Positions 37,393 to 47,854 of a stretch of DNA of 64,000 nucleotides are shown here, one piece after another. The translations under genes were made by a program, and so were the position numbers. This DNA comes from Candidatus Sulfotelmatobacter sp. GTDB lineage: Bacteria > Verrucomicrobiota > Verrucomicrobiia > Limisphaerales > UBA11358. The notes below the pieces were generated by a model, which searched no databases, was not told the origin of the DNA, and saw nothing but the letters and a program-made list of their open reading frames with translations. The stretch covers positions 3,755-67,754 of the forward strand of contig DATHOG010000003.1 in NCBI GenBank assembly GCA_035485115.1, written 5' to 3'. Within the stretch, counting starts at the first letter, position 1. Each line of letters opens with the position of its first letter.

Positions 37393-38184
37393 TTAATGCC
37401 CCGCCTTCCTCGCCGCGCGCTGCGGGAAAATCAAGATGCAGGCGATGATGAAGGCGATCAACGCGGCGGATGCCGTGAACCGGCTCAGGTTCAATCCGCC
37501 CTCGGAAACCGGCTTGTCAAAATAATCGCCCAGCACCGCGCCCAGCGGACGCGTCAGCACGAATGCCGACCAGAACAACGCCGTCCGGTTGATTTTCGTG
37601 AAGAAATACAACCCCGCAACGATCGCCAGCAGGATGCCAAAGAGCATCGTGGAATTGAGAAAGCCGAACCCTTCCGTATCCGCCGTCCAGTCGCCCAGCG
37701 CCGTGCCCAGCGTCTGCGAAAACATGATCGTCACCCAGTAAAACATCTCCGCCTTCGGTGAGCTCACCGTATTGATGGAGACCGAGCCGAGCGTGCGATG
37801 CCAAACGAGCAGCGACGTGATGAGCAAAACCAACAACAACGACGAGCCGCCGGCATAACCGATGTGCAACGAGCGGTCGCAAAAATCCGCCAGCGTCGTC
37901 CCCACCGTTGTTGTCGCGAGAATCGTCGCCCAATATAAGAATGGATGAAATTTCGCCGCGTTAATCTGCGCAAACACAAAACCTATAAACAATGCCGCGA
38001 AGATTCCCGTGCTCAGGAGGTAACCGAGATTCAGGGACATCGAGACGGCGTCCCCGCCGGTTTCGCCCAGGGTCGTCGCCGCGATTTTGATCAGCCAGAA
38101 TACAAACGTGACTTCCGGCACCTTGCTCAGGGCATTTTCATCCGCGGCGGTTGTCGGCATGGCGCGTTTTTTATTTTCCGACAA
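37393..38184 (-). CDS. Polytopic membrane protein (COG4705-like uncharacterised membrane-anchored protein)
   Basis: VPEVTFVFWLIKIAATTLGETGGDAVS block repeated in the second half (MFYWVTIMFSQTLGTALGDW). An alternative start at 38160 would remove the 14-nt overlap with the upstream gene. Confidence 0.65.
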   Translation of the reverse strand: MSENKKRAMPTTAADENALSKVPEVTFVFWLIKIAATTLGETGGDAVSMSLNLGYLLSTGIFAALFIGFVFAQINAAKFHPFLYWATILATTTVGTTLADFCDRSLHIGYAGGSSLLLVLLITSLLVWHRTLGSVSINTVSSPKAEMFYWVTIMFSQTLGTALGDWTADTEGFGFLNSTMLFGILLAIVAGLYFFTKINRTALFWSAFVLTRPLGAVLGDYFDKPVSEGGLNLSRFTASAALIAFIIACILIFPQRAARKAGH

Positions 38185-39235
38185 ACATCACGTCCAGCAT
38201 CCCCGGCCCGGTAAAATGCCGGCTGCGCGGTGCGCCGCCCGGTTGGTTGGTTGTGCCGGTGGTCGAAGCCATCGCCGGAGCCGCGTTCGTCTGTGGCGGA
38301 CGCTCGACGGTGATCAGCACGATGCGATTATTCTTCGTATCCAGCGAACTCGTGCGCGCGCCCGTTTTTGTTTTTACCGTCTGTTCCACCGCAAAATCCG
38401 TCGGGCTGCTTTCCTTGATGATCGTCAACGTGCCGTCCCGCTGCGAACTGAACGCCTCCATCGTGTTCGGGTTGAAACCGCCGCTGTCCGTGCCGTTGCC
38501 GATTGGCAACGTCGCCAGAACCTTTCCATTGTCCGCGTTCACCACCACGCACACGCTGGGTTCGGCGCACATCGCAAACAGGATATGATTCTTCACGTCC
38601 AGGCCGAGACCGCCCGGATCACCGGCGGTATCGCCCAGATCAATTTTGCTCACGAGCTTCATCGATTTGGCATCGATCACCGCGATCTTTTTTTCGTCCT
38701 CGATGTCGGCAAAGACTTTTCCCTGCCCGTCCGCCTGTGCCTGCTCGATCGCGCCGCCGATGTCGATCGAGCCCGCCACCGCTCCGTCCTTCGGGTCGAT
38801 GATCGTCACGCTGGGCGAGGCGTGGCTTAAGATAAATATTTTTCCCGTGGCCGGCTCATAAATGATCCCATCCGGCCGGCTTTTGACACCGTCGATATCC
38901 TTGATCTTCTGCAACGTCTCCGTATCGAACAGGCTCGGCGGGTTGCCGCTCACCACGCCATGATGGGTGTTGGGATCCACCGCCACGCCATGACCCCCGG
39001 CGTTCGTCACCGTGCCGATGTATTTATGCGAATCCAGGTCGAAGACCAGCGTGTTGCCGCCGCGCGGCACGTACACCCGGCGCCCGTCATTGTCGACATA
39101 GACATAATCCGTGCCGCCGCTGCCCATCAACTGCGTCGTATCGAGAACGCGATAACCGTCATCGGCCTGCACAGTGAGATTGAACGCCAGCAAACCAAGG
39201 CCGGCCACAGAAAGCATTTTTGAGGATAATTTCAT
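38171..39235 (-). CDS. Secreted YncE/YVTN-like beta-propeller protein
   Basis: Signal peptide. Repeated blade pattern (G..GVAVDP, IIYEPATGKIFIL, IDIGG, GLGLDVKNHILF). Confidence 0.7.
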   Translation of the reverse strand: MKLSSKMLSVAGLGLLAFNLTVQADDGYRVLDTTQLMGSGGTDYVYVDNDGRRVYVPRGGNTLVFDLDSHKYIGTVTNAGGHGVAVDPNTHHGVVSGNPPSLFDTETLQKIKDIDGVKSRPDGIIYEPATGKIFILSHASPSVTIIDPKDGAVAGSIDIGGAIEQAQADGQGKVFADIEDEKKIAVIDAKSMKLVSKIDLGDTAGDPGGLGLDVKNHILFAMCAEPSVCVVVNADNGKVLATLPIGNGTDSGGFNPNTMEAFSSQRDGTLTIIKESSPTDFAVEQTVKTKTGARTSSLDTKNNRIVLITVERPPQTNAAPAMASTTGTTNQPGGAPRSRHFTGPGMLDVMFVGK

Positions 39236-39488
39236 GACCGTGAAAATACGTTCCGGTTCCTTTCAAACAAGAACATTTGCATGAAAAAATCGTCATCTTG
39301 GGTGCAAAAATGAAATGGATTAAATACGGTCATTGTAAAACATCACCGTCCCGAAACGAGAAAGCCATCGGCCATCGCGTCGAGGGTGATGATTTTTGCG
39401 GCTCGACAGGTTTTAGTTGTCGCAGTATGAATGTCTTCATGATGTCTGTTTTTGTCTGTTTATGCAGGGCGTGACCATTGACGAACCC

Positions 39489-39902
39489 ATGAAAATTCCC
39501 GGTCTCAGACCTTCCGCCGCGCAACTTGGCGGCCTCGTTTTCTTCGGGCGGATGCTTGACAAGATTCGATTGCACGCACAAGGCAGGCTCCCGGTCGATT
39601 ACAATCGTGGCACTGGTTTCGATGGCCGGGTTTGCCGGTTTTTACACGTCGAATATCCCTCGCTCGTTGAACGTGTCCTGGCCGGCGTCAGCGACGAGGA
39701 GATTTTGACTTGGTGTTTCGCCCATGGACGGAAACCGGGCGACGAGGAGATTTTTATCTTCAATTCGTTTCTCACCAAGCGCGGCTGGCACGATGACGGC
39801 AGCGCGGAGCTGGAGACCATGAAGCGCAACCGTGGTTTTGCCAACCGCGCGGACATCCAGACATTTTTCGATTTTCACAAGGCAGATGAGGAACTAGATT
39901 GA
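39489..39902 (+). CDS. DUF5069 domain protein
   Basis: Start at ATG 39489 (MKIPGLRPS). LGGLVFFGRMLDKIRLHAQGRLP is the typical DUF5069 N-terminal block. Confidence 0.65.
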   Translation: MKIPGLRPSAAQLGGLVFFGRMLDKIRLHAQGRLPVDYNRGTGFDGRVCRFLHVEYPSLVERVLAGVSDEEILTWCFAHGRKPGDEEIFIFNSFLTKRGWHDDGSAELETMKRNRGFANRADIQTFFDFHKADEELD

Positions 39903-39978
39903 ATGGGCGTCGATCCCAATCATTGATACAAGAGGTTTTTTCCCGCTTTAATTCCGCCATTCCTCTCTTCCTTATTAT

Positions 39979-40812
39979 TTACTCCCCAATCTTTTCAACC
40001 TTCACCGTTACCTCCATCGTCCGCTCCGTCGTTCCCTTGTAGGTCCCGCAAATCGGCGGCACATCGGCATAGTCGCGACCGACGGCGATCTTCACATAAG
40101 TCTCGTCCGGCTTGCAATTGTGTGTCGGGTCCAGCGGTTGCCAGCCTTGTCCGGGGATGAATACCTCCGTCCACGCGTGCGTTGCGCTGGCGATCTCCGT
40201 CGCAAGATAACCGCTGACATAGACCGCGGGAATTTTTAGCGAACGACACAGGCTCAACATCACATGCGCGAAGTCCTGGCAGACCCCCCGCTGTTGCGCG
40301 AGCGCATCCCGCGCATGCGTGTGGACCTGCGTCGAACGGCTTTCGTAGGCGATATGCGAATGGACGAACGCCATCAGTTTCAAAGTCTGCTGCCAGACGT
40401 CCCGTTCGTCGCCGATGGCATCCACCGCCAGCCGCCAGATTTCCGGCGTCGTCTCCACGAAACGGCTCTCATGCAAAAAATCAAAGGCGCGCCCAAAGGA
40501 CAGCGCCTCCGGCAGGCGCTCGACACCGGCGGGCCGCGCATCCATGGGCAGTCCGTCAATCTTGTGCGTGGTCACGCGCAAGTTGCTCTCCACCGTCAGC
40601 GTGGAATGCGCCTCGGGCAGTTCAAAATAGTGGACCACGTTGCTGTTGAAATCGTGGTAATGCTTCAACCGGGTGACCGGTACAACCTTGATGAGAAACG
40701 AATCCACCGTCTGCTGCTTGTTGGAAAGCGGCTGTAAATGCAGCTCGTTCCGGCTCTCGCGCACCGGTGCGGCGTAGGCGTAATGCGTGCGATGTAGAAT
40801 GTCCCACTTCAT
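39979..40812 (-). CDS. Transglutaminase-like cysteine peptidase-fold protein (Bact_transglu_N + TGc)
   Basis: RGVCQDFAHVMLSLCRSL (catalytic Cys) and THAWTEVFIPGQGWQPLDPT (His, Asp). Confidence 0.85.
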   Translation of the reverse strand: MKWDILHRTHYAYAAPVRESRNELHLQPLSNKQQTVDSFLIKVVPVTRLKHYHDFNSNVVHYFELPEAHSTLTVESNLRVTTHKIDGLPMDARPAGVERLPEALSFGRAFDFLHESRFVETTPEIWRLAVDAIGDERDVWQQTLKLMAFVHSHIAYESRSTQVHTHARDALAQQRGVCQDFAHVMLSLCRSLKIPAVYVSGYLATEIASATHAWTEVFIPGQGWQPLDPTHNCKPDETYVKIAVGRDYADVPPICGTYKGTTERTMEVTVKVEKIGE

Positions 40813-40813
40813 T

Positions 40814-41689
40814 TTATTCCAGGGGTTCCACGTCCACCGAAACCCTCAACTGATGCGCGCCGCCGCCCGTGATGATGCCCGCGACCGGGCTGACGTCCGA
40901 GAAGTCACGACCGAACGCAACCGTGATATGTTCCTCGCCCGGACGCACGTTATTTGTCGGGTCAAAATCAACCCAGCCCGTGCCCGGGCAAAAAATTGAA
41001 AACCACGCATGGCTCGCATCCGCGCCCACCAGCCGCGGTTTGCCCTCCGGCGGACGCGTGCGCAGGTAGCCGCTGACGTAACGCGCCGGCAAACCCAGCG
41101 AACGCAGGCAGGCGATGCCCAGATGCGCGAAGTCCTGGCACACCCCGCGGCGTTTTTCCAAAACCTCCTCCAACGGCGTCGCCACGGTCGTCGCCTTCGG
41201 GTCATATTTGAAATCTTCAAAGATCCGCCGCGTCAGATCCGCCGCGCCGATGAGAAGCGGCGTGCCGGTCTTAAAACTTTCCGCCGCATAATCCGCCAGT
41301 TCCCGGGACGCGCGGATGTGTGGCGAATCAAAGACGAATTGATACGCCTCCACCACCTCCGGCGACACCGGATCGCGAAACATCTTCGCGACGTCCTCCC
41401 ACGCGATCGGGTTTTCCGGCGCGGCCGGCTTGCGCGCGGCCACCGTCACGCGGCTGTGGGTGATGATCTCCAGCTTGTTGTGGATTTCCTGGATGGCGAA
41501 CACGCAAAGCCGGTTACCGAAATAATCCGTGCGCGTCTTGCTCAAGGCCGGTTCCGGAAAAATCTTCAATGTGAATTTTTCGCATGACTGCCCCGCCAGC
41601 AGACGCGGTTCCAGACGCGTGACATGGTGCGACACCGTCACCGGCGCGGCGTATTCGTACAACGTGCGATGGGTGATGAGGTAATTCAT
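40814..41689 (-). CDS. Transglutaminase-like protein (Bact_transglu_N + TGc), second paralogue
   Basis: Start at ATG 41689 (MNYLITHRTLYEY) overlaps the upstream stop as ATGA. RGVCQDFAHLGIACLRSL and SHAWFSIFCPGTGWVDFDPT. Confidence 0.85.
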   Translation of the reverse strand: MNYLITHRTLYEYAAPVTVSHHVTRLEPRLLAGQSCEKFTLKIFPEPALSKTRTDYFGNRLCVFAIQEIHNKLEIITHSRVTVAARKPAAPENPIAWEDVAKMFRDPVSPEVVEAYQFVFDSPHIRASRELADYAAESFKTGTPLLIGAADLTRRIFEDFKYDPKATTVATPLEEVLEKRRGVCQDFAHLGIACLRSLGLPARYVSGYLRTRPPEGKPRLVGADASHAWFSIFCPGTGWVDFDPTNNVRPGEEHITVAFGRDFSDVSPVAGIITGGGAHQLRVSVDVEPLE

Positions 41690-44367
41690 TCTTCCGCCCC
41701 CCGTCCGGTTCTCGAAATGGACGAATGCGCAAAATAACTCGCTGCGATCGCGTCCGAAAGCTTGGGTAGCGTCGCCAGCGTCTCGCGGATCACCGCGGCG
41801 ACGTTGCTCTTCGCCCACGAACCGTTTTCCGCGAGCTCGCGCGCATCCGCTTTGCTCAACTGCGCCACGCATTTTTGCAGGATGTTTTTGCCCGATCCGG
41901 CGGCCTCCTCGCGTTCCTTCGGCAGCTTGTCGAAATGTTTGGCGAGCTGGTTGATTTGAAACAGCACCGAGCGCGGATTTTTGTCGTCCAGCAGCACCAG
42001 GTCAAAAACCGCCGGCACGCTCGCCAGCAGGCTGTAACGCGAACGGAACGTGATGCTGCTGTCCACGACTTCGAGCACGGCCTCGAGCATGCTGGGGTTT
42101 TCCGGGTCCGGTGAGCGCAACGTGGCGTCGAGCAGGGTGCCGATGTAGATCGCGCGCTCGATGCGCAGGCCCATGTCCAGAAAACGCCACGCCTGCGCGC
42201 GGGTCATGTTTTCACGCGCGAGACCATGGAACGCCGCGAGACCCATGAGTGTTTCGTTCAACACCACGGCCGCCTCGCCCGCCAGCATCACGGAATGTAA
42301 CCGTGAAACCGTTTTGTCAAAAGTGGTGGTGTCATCTTCAGCGTTCGATGAGGTTTTTGGCAAACTTGGCCGCGCCGCCTCGTCGCTGCCGCCGAGCCGG
42401 TCATTGAGCTGGCTCAAGACGCGCCACATGTCGTTCGAGGTGCGGTCGCGCACGAGCGTTGCGAGCCGTTGCAATTGGTCGGCGGTGTTGCGCAAACTGC
42501 CGGCGCGCTCCGGATCAAAGATCGCCGCGAGCAGTTCCGCTTCGAACGCCTCGGCATTCTGGCGGAGCTCCGGTTTCGCGGAGATGCCCGGCAGTTGCCC
42601 CTGCGTTTCGAGCGTTTGCAACAATGGCGCGACCAGCGTTTGCGCGCCACCGGCGCGTTCGGGGTTGAAACGCAACAGCGCGCTGCGCAACAACCGCGCC
42701 GTGGCGTCCGCGCGTTCAGAATAACGGCCCAGCCAGAAAAAATTGTCCGCCAGGCGCGATGGCAGATTGTTTCCCGTGCGGCGCAGCTCGATGTTTTGCG
42801 TGCCGCCGTGCAGCAACGTGAATTCCTCCACCGGCGTTTCCGAAATGATCCAGGTGTCCTTGCTGCTGCCGCCGCTCTGCATGGAAATGAATTTCCCGCC
42901 CGTGTCCGGCGCGACACGTGTGAGCCCGCCGGGCATCACGCGGTAGCCATTTTCGGTGGCCACGAGAAACGCGCGCAGCCCGACCGGCTTCGCGACCAGG
43001 CCGTCCTTTTCCAACGACGGCGCAGTGGAAAGGGCGACCCGTTCCTGCGCCACGAACAGGTCCGGGTCGAATTCAATCTGCCGTTTCAGCGCCGCCAGTT
43101 CGGCCTCGCTCAATTTTTTTTCCGGATCGGGCATCCGCAAATGCGAGCGGAACGCCGGTTTGACGACGAGTTCATCCAGCCGTTCAAAAACATGTTCGCG
43201 CGCCTTCTTCTGTCCGCACCACCAGGTCGCGACCGACGGCAGCTTCAATTCCTCGCCCAGGATATGCCGGCACAACCCGGGCAGAAACGACATGAATGCG
43301 GGGCTTTGCACCAGACCCGAGCCGAGCGCATTGGCGATGACGACATTCCCCGCGCGGACAGCCTCGACCAGGCCCGGCACACCGAGGATCGAGTCATTGC
43401 GCAATTCCAGCGGGTCGCAAAAATCATCGTCCACGCGGCGTAAAATCACATCCACCCGTTCGAGTCCGGAAAGGGTCTTGAGGAAGACATGGTTGTCACG
43501 CACAGACAGATCCTGACCCTCCACCAGCATGTAGCCGAGGTAACGTGCCAGATATGCCTGCTCAAAATACGTCTCGTTGTGCGGGCCTGGTGTGAGCATC
43601 ACCACGCGCGATTTCTCCAACGGCCGCGGGGCGATTTGCGCCAGGGCGTTCTGTACGTCGCGAAAAAATCCCGCGAGCCGGTTAATGTTATTGTCGCGGA
43701 ACGATTCGGAAAAAATGCGCGAAGTCACCAGCCGGTTCGCCAGCGCGTAGCCCGCACCGGTCGGGATCTGTGTACGATCGGAAACCACCCACCAGCGCCC
43801 GTCAGGCGAACGTGCGAGGTCGGCGGCGTAAAAATTCAGGAAGACGTCGTTCGGAATCTTGATTCCGTGGCAGGGACGCAGGAAGTCCGGCTGCGCAAAG
43901 ACCAGCGCGGGCGAAAGCCAGCGCGTGTGAAGCAGTTTTTGTTCGCCGTAACTGTCGGCCAGAATCTTGTTCAGCAACGTTGCGCGCTGGATGAGTCCCT
44001 TTTCGAGCGTATTCCACTCGTTGGGCGAAATGACCAGCGGCACCGGGTCCAGTTGCCACGGACGTTCGACGCCGCGAGGATCGCTGTACACGTGATAAGT
44101 GATGCCTTGCTCGTGGACGAGGCGGTCACTGGCGTCCGCGCGGCGGTGCAATTCCGCCATGCCCAGTTCATCCATGGTGCTGAGAATCTTCGCGTAATGT
44201 GCCCGCGGTTTGCCATCGGCGGCGATGAACTCATCAAAAGACGATTCGCGCCGCTGATAATTTTTCAGCAGCGCGGCGGGGGACGGTTTAGGCTCGACGG
44301 ACGTCTCGTTCATCGCGTCACGTGACTGTAACATTGCCTGTCGTTGCTTGCGAGCTTCTTCAGACAT
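41686..44367 (-). CDS. Fusion of a circularly permuted type-2 ATP-grasp domain and an alpha-E domain
   Basis: At 893 aa, the N-terminal ~500 aa is collinear with the stand-alone ATP-grasp at 48934-50409 (for example VMLTPGPHNETYFEQAYLARYLG vs [23 protein letters not shown]). The C-terminal part carries FFWLGRYSERA, like the stand-alone alpha-E LFWMSRYVERA. Confidence 0.85.
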   Translation of the reverse strand: MSEEARKQRQAMLQSRDAMNETSVEPKPSPAALLKNYQRRESSFDEFIAADGKPRAHYAKILSTMDELGMAELHRRADASDRLVHEQGITYHVYSDPRGVERPWQLDPVPLVISPNEWNTLEKGLIQRATLLNKILADSYGEQKLLHTRWLSPALVFAQPDFLRPCHGIKIPNDVFLNFYAADLARSPDGRWWVVSDRTQIPTGAGYALANRLVTSRIFSESFRDNNINRLAGFFRDVQNALAQIAPRPLEKSRVVMLTPGPHNETYFEQAYLARYLGYMLVEGQDLSVRDNHVFLKTLSGLERVDVILRRVDDDFCDPLELRNDSILGVPGLVEAVRAGNVVIANALGSGLVQSPAFMSFLPGLCRHILGEELKLPSVATWWCGQKKAREHVFERLDELVVKPAFRSHLRMPDPEKKLSEAELAALKRQIEFDPDLFVAQERVALSTAPSLEKDGLVAKPVGLRAFLVATENGYRVMPGGLTRVAPDTGGKFISMQSGGSSKDTWIISETPVEEFTLLHGGTQNIELRRTGNNLPSRLADNFFWLGRYSERADATARLLRSALLRFNPERAGGAQTLVAPLLQTLETQGQLPGISAKPELRQNAEAFEAELLAAIFDPERAGSLRNTADQLQRLATLVRDRTSNDMWRVLSQLNDRLGGSDEAARPSLPKTSSNAEDDTTTFDKTVSRLHSVMLAGEAAVVLNETLMGLAAFHGLARENMTRAQAWRFLDMGLRIERAIYIGTLLDATLRSPDPENPSMLEAVLEVVDSSITFRSRYSLLASVPAVFDLVLLDDKNPRSVLFQINQLAKHFDKLPKEREEAAGSGKNILQKCVAQLSKADARELAENGSWAKSNVAAVIRETLATLPKLSDAIAASYFAHSSISRTGRGAEE

Positions 44368-47300
44368 TTCTCAAGTCGAGCGTGAACGGAAATTCCGGAT
44401 TTATCTTTGCGGGTGCGACCGTACATTTTCCCTGTGAATGACCATTACGGAAGAAACGGGAAAGGCGGCGCGACTCGGCCTCGTAGGAATTCACCGGAAA
44501 CGTGTCATAACTTCTGCCGCCCGGATGCGCCACATGATAGGTGCAGCCACCCAGGCTGCGACCGTTCCACGTGTCCACCACATCGAATACCAGCGGCGCC
44601 TGGATGCCGATGGTCGGCTGCAAACATTCGGGCGGATGCCACGCGCGATACCGGACGCCCGCCACAAATTCGCCGTTCGTGCCGGTCGGATGCAGCGGAA
44701 TACGATGGCCACCGACGGTGACCGCAAAGCGGTCGCTCGTGAGCCCCTGGGCCTTGATCTGGAGCCGTTCCACCGAGCTGTCCACGTAACGCACCGTGCT
44801 TCCGCCGCCCGGCTCCTCGCCGAGGACGTGCCACGGTTCGAGCGCCGTGCGGAGTTCGAGCTGGAGGTCGCGTTGCGTCAAGTCGCCAATGAACGGGAAA
44901 CGGAACTCGAAATGCGGCGCGAACCAGTCGAATTCAAACGGATAACCGGCATCGCGCAGATCGCGGATTACATCCTTGAAATTCGTCTCGCAGAAATGCG
45001 GCAGCATCCAGCGGTCGTGGATATCCGTGCCCCAGCGTACGAGGTTGTTCTGGTATGGCTCCTTCCAAAATTTGGAGACCAGGCCGCGTAGCAACAAATG
45101 TTGGGCCAGGCTCATGCGCGAGTGCGGCGGCATTTCAAACGCGCGCATTTCGACCAGCCCCAGCCGGCCGGTGCTGCTCTCCGGGGCATAGAGTTTATCA
45201 ATCGAAAACTCGGACCGATGCGTGTTGCCGCTGGAATCAATCAACAGGTTGCGGAACAAACGGTCGCACAGCCACGGCGGCGTATAGCCTAAATTTTTGG
45301 TGTTGCGTTCCAGTTCCTTGAACGCGACTTCCAGTTCGTAAAGCGAATCGTTGCGCGCCTCGTCAATGCGCGGCGCCTGCGACGTCGGCCCGATGAACAG
45401 GCCGCTGAACAGCCAGCTCAACGACGGATGATTTTGCCAGTAGGAGAGCAAGGAACGCAGCAGATCGGGCCGCCGCAAAACCGGCGAGTCCTGCGGCGTC
45501 TCGCCGCCGATGATGATGTGATTGCCGCCGCCCGTGCCGGTGTGCCGGCCATCCAGCATGAATTTTTCCGTGCCAAGGCGGGTGAGGTGCGCCTCTTCGT
45601 AAAGCACCGTCGTCCGTTCAACGAGTTCATCCCAGGACTTGCTGGGGTGCAGGTTCACCTCGATGACGCCGGGGTCCGGCGTGACGGCCAGCTTGTTGAT
45701 GCGCGGATCGCGCGGCGGGGTTTCACCCTCGATGATGACCGGCGTACCCATTTCGGTGACGGCGGTCTCGATGCCGGCGATGAGATCCAAATAATCCTCC
45801 GTCGTCTCCACCGGCGGCATGAACACATGCAACCGCCCTTCGCGCGGTTCCACGCACAAGGCGGTGCGGATGATCCACGGCGCGCTCTGGCCTTGGGCCG
45901 GACGACGATTCGGATCGTAATCCGTTGCTGGCGGCAACGGCGGCAGTTCCACGCGTCTTTCCTCTTCCACATTGCCCAGCCGTTGGGCGCGCTGGCCCGG
46001 ACCGTAGCCGGCGGGCACCGGTGCGCCGCCTTTGCGCCGGATAAAATGCTGGCCGGAGCTTTCCGGATTGCGAGGCTGGTATGGAAACTCCTTCGGCAAT
46101 TCAGGCAGATTTGGATTCGACGGGTCTTCCTGGTGAATCCACGGAAATTCTTTCTCCGCGACCCACGGGATGGAATCAAGCGGCAGGCGCAGGCCCATCG
46201 CAGAATCACCCGGGATGAGCCAGAGCGTGTCGTCATCGCGCAAAAACCACGCGCCGGACATCCACCCGGCCTGGTTGCCATACTGCGCGCGTTTTATCGG
46301 CAGCGTATAACCGACGGCTTCGCCCGGACCTTCTTGAAAAATCCGCGTAATCCGGTCGCGTTCCAGTTTATTTTTGAGATTGGTTTTTTCCGGCGTGACG
46401 TTGGACGGCAGACGGCGTTCCTTCCAGGTGTAATAAAACGCGTCTTCATAGCCGGGCATCATGTATTTCGGATCCGCGCCGATCACGCGGGAAATCCGTT
46501 CCAGCAACGCCTTCGCATCCTTCGCGGCGTGACCATAGTCCTTCGATTCATCGGCGATGAGCGAATCGTCCTTCCAGATCGGCACGCCGTCCTTGCGCCA
46601 GTAACATCCGAGCGCCCAGCGCGGCAGTTGTTCGCCGGGATACCATTTGCCCTGGCCGTAATGCAATAGCGAGCCGGGTGCAAATTTGCTGCGCAGGCGC
46701 TTGATAAGGTTACCGGAAAGTACGCGCTTTTCGTGCGAGGCGGCGGTGAAATTCCATTCCGGACCATCCCGATCGTCCACGGAGACAAACGTCGGCTCGC
46801 CACCCATCGTCAGGCGCACGTCACCGCGTTTTAAATCGGCATCGATCGCATGGCCGAGCGACTCGATTTTGTTCCATTGCGCGTCGGTGTAGGGCAGGGT
46901 GACCCGCGGCGATTCGTGGATGCGCGTGACGCGCATTTCGTGCGCGAATTCACATTCGCACTCGTCCACCAGACCGTTGATGGGCGCGGCACCCGTAGGA
47001 TCGGGCGCGCAAGCCAGCGGAATGTGGCCCTCACCGGCAAACAGGCCGGAGGTCGGGTCCAGCCCGATCCAGCCCGCGCCGGGCAGATAAACTTCCGTCC
47101 ATGCATGCAGATCGGTGAAATCTTTTTCCGCACCGCTCGGCCCATCCAGCGATTTCACGTCGGGTTTGAGCTGGATCAGATAACCGCTGACGAACCGCGA
47201 CGCGAGACCACAATGCCGGAGCACCTGGCAAAACAGCCACGCGGAATCGCGGCAGGAACCGTTGCCCTTTTCCAGGGATTCCTCCGGCGTCTGCACGCCG

Positions 47301-47851
47301 GGCTCCATGCGGATGGTGTATTTGATGTCCCGCCAGATCTTCTGGTTAATGGCGACGAGAAAATCGATCGTGCGCGGCTTCTTTTCAAATGGAACTTCCT
47401 GCCGCTGGCTGTTGGTGAGCCTTTTCGTCTCGCCGAGGATCTCCTTGCGGACGGCGGCGAGGTATTTCATGAACTGCGGCGTCAGCCAGCATTTTTTTTG
47501 GAAGGGCGCGAGTTCATGTTTGAGCGCCGGGTCGTATTCGAACGGATAACGCTCCGCGTCCGGTTCGAGGAAAAAGTCAAACGGGTTCAGCACCGACATT
47601 TCGGCGACCAGATCGACCTCGACGATAAATTCCCGGGTCTGGTCGGGAAACGTCAGCCGCGCCAGATAATTCGACTGCGGGTCCTGCTGCCAGTTGATGA
47701 AGTGTTTTTCCGGCGTGATTTTGAGCGAATAGGAGAGGATGCGCGTCCGCGAATGTGGCGCGGGCCGCAGCCGCACAGTTTGCGGGCCCAGCGTGATTAG
47801 ACGGTCATACTTGTATTGCGTCTTATGATGCAGCGCGACTTGAATTGACAT
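44360..47851 (-). CDS. Large transglutaminase-family protein (Bact_transglu_N + TGc + DUF2126 putative amidoligase region)
   Basis: 1163 aa. GSCRDSAWLFCQVLRHCGL (Cys) and DLHAWTEVYLPGAGWIGLDPT (His, Asp), followed by a long C-terminal extension typical of DUF2126 proteins. Confidence 0.8.
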   Translation of the reverse strand: MSIQVALHHKTQYKYDRLITLGPQTVRLRPAPHSRTRILSYSLKITPEKHFINWQQDPQSNYLARLTFPDQTREFIVEVDLVAEMSVLNPFDFFLEPDAERYPFEYDPALKHELAPFQKKCWLTPQFMKYLAAVRKEILGETKRLTNSQRQEVPFEKKPRTIDFLVAINQKIWRDIKYTIRMEPGVQTPEESLEKGNGSCRDSAWLFCQVLRHCGLASRFVSGYLIQLKPDVKSLDGPSGAEKDFTDLHAWTEVYLPGAGWIGLDPTSGLFAGEGHIPLACAPDPTGAAPINGLVDECECEFAHEMRVTRIHESPRVTLPYTDAQWNKIESLGHAIDADLKRGDVRLTMGGEPTFVSVDDRDGPEWNFTAASHEKRVLSGNLIKRLRSKFAPGSLLHYGQGKWYPGEQLPRWALGCYWRKDGVPIWKDDSLIADESKDYGHAAKDAKALLERISRVIGADPKYMMPGYEDAFYYTWKERRLPSNVTPEKTNLKNKLERDRITRIFQEGPGEAVGYTLPIKRAQYGNQAGWMSGAWFLRDDDTLWLIPGDSAMGLRLPLDSIPWVAEKEFPWIHQEDPSNPNLPELPKEFPYQPRNPESSGQHFIRRKGGAPVPAGYGPGQRAQRLGNVEEERRVELPPLPPATDYDPNRRPAQGQSAPWIIRTALCVEPREGRLHVFMPPVETTEDYLDLIAGIETAVTEMGTPVIIEGETPPRDPRINKLAVTPDPGVIEVNLHPSKSWDELVERTTVLYEEAHLTRLGTEKFMLDGRHTGTGGGNHIIIGGETPQDSPVLRRPDLLRSLLSYWQNHPSLSWLFSGLFIGPTSQAPRIDEARNDSLYELEVAFKELERNTKNLGYTPPWLCDRLFRNLLIDSSGNTHRSEFSIDKLYAPESSTGRLGLVEMRAFEMPPHSRMSLAQHLLLRGLVSKFWKEPYQNNLVRWGTDIHDRWMLPHFCETNFKDVIRDLRDAGYPFEFDWFAPHFEFRFPFIGDLTQRDLQLELRTALEPWHVLGEEPGGGSTVRYVDSSVERLQIKAQGLTSDRFAVTVGGHRIPLHPTGTNGEFVAGVRYRAWHPPECLQPTIGIQAPLVFDVVDTWNGRSLGGCTYHVAHPGGRSYDTFPVNSYEAESRRLSRFFRNGHSQGKCTVAPAKINPEFPFTLDLRNV

Positions 47852-47854
47852 CGT

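Noticed and set aside
42469-47800. Several long plus-strand ORFs (324, 278, 217, 413 and 316 aa)
   Set aside because: All are antisense to the ATP-grasp/alpha-E/transglutaminase genes, Arg-rich and without motifs. The minus-strand genes carry clear catalytic signatures.
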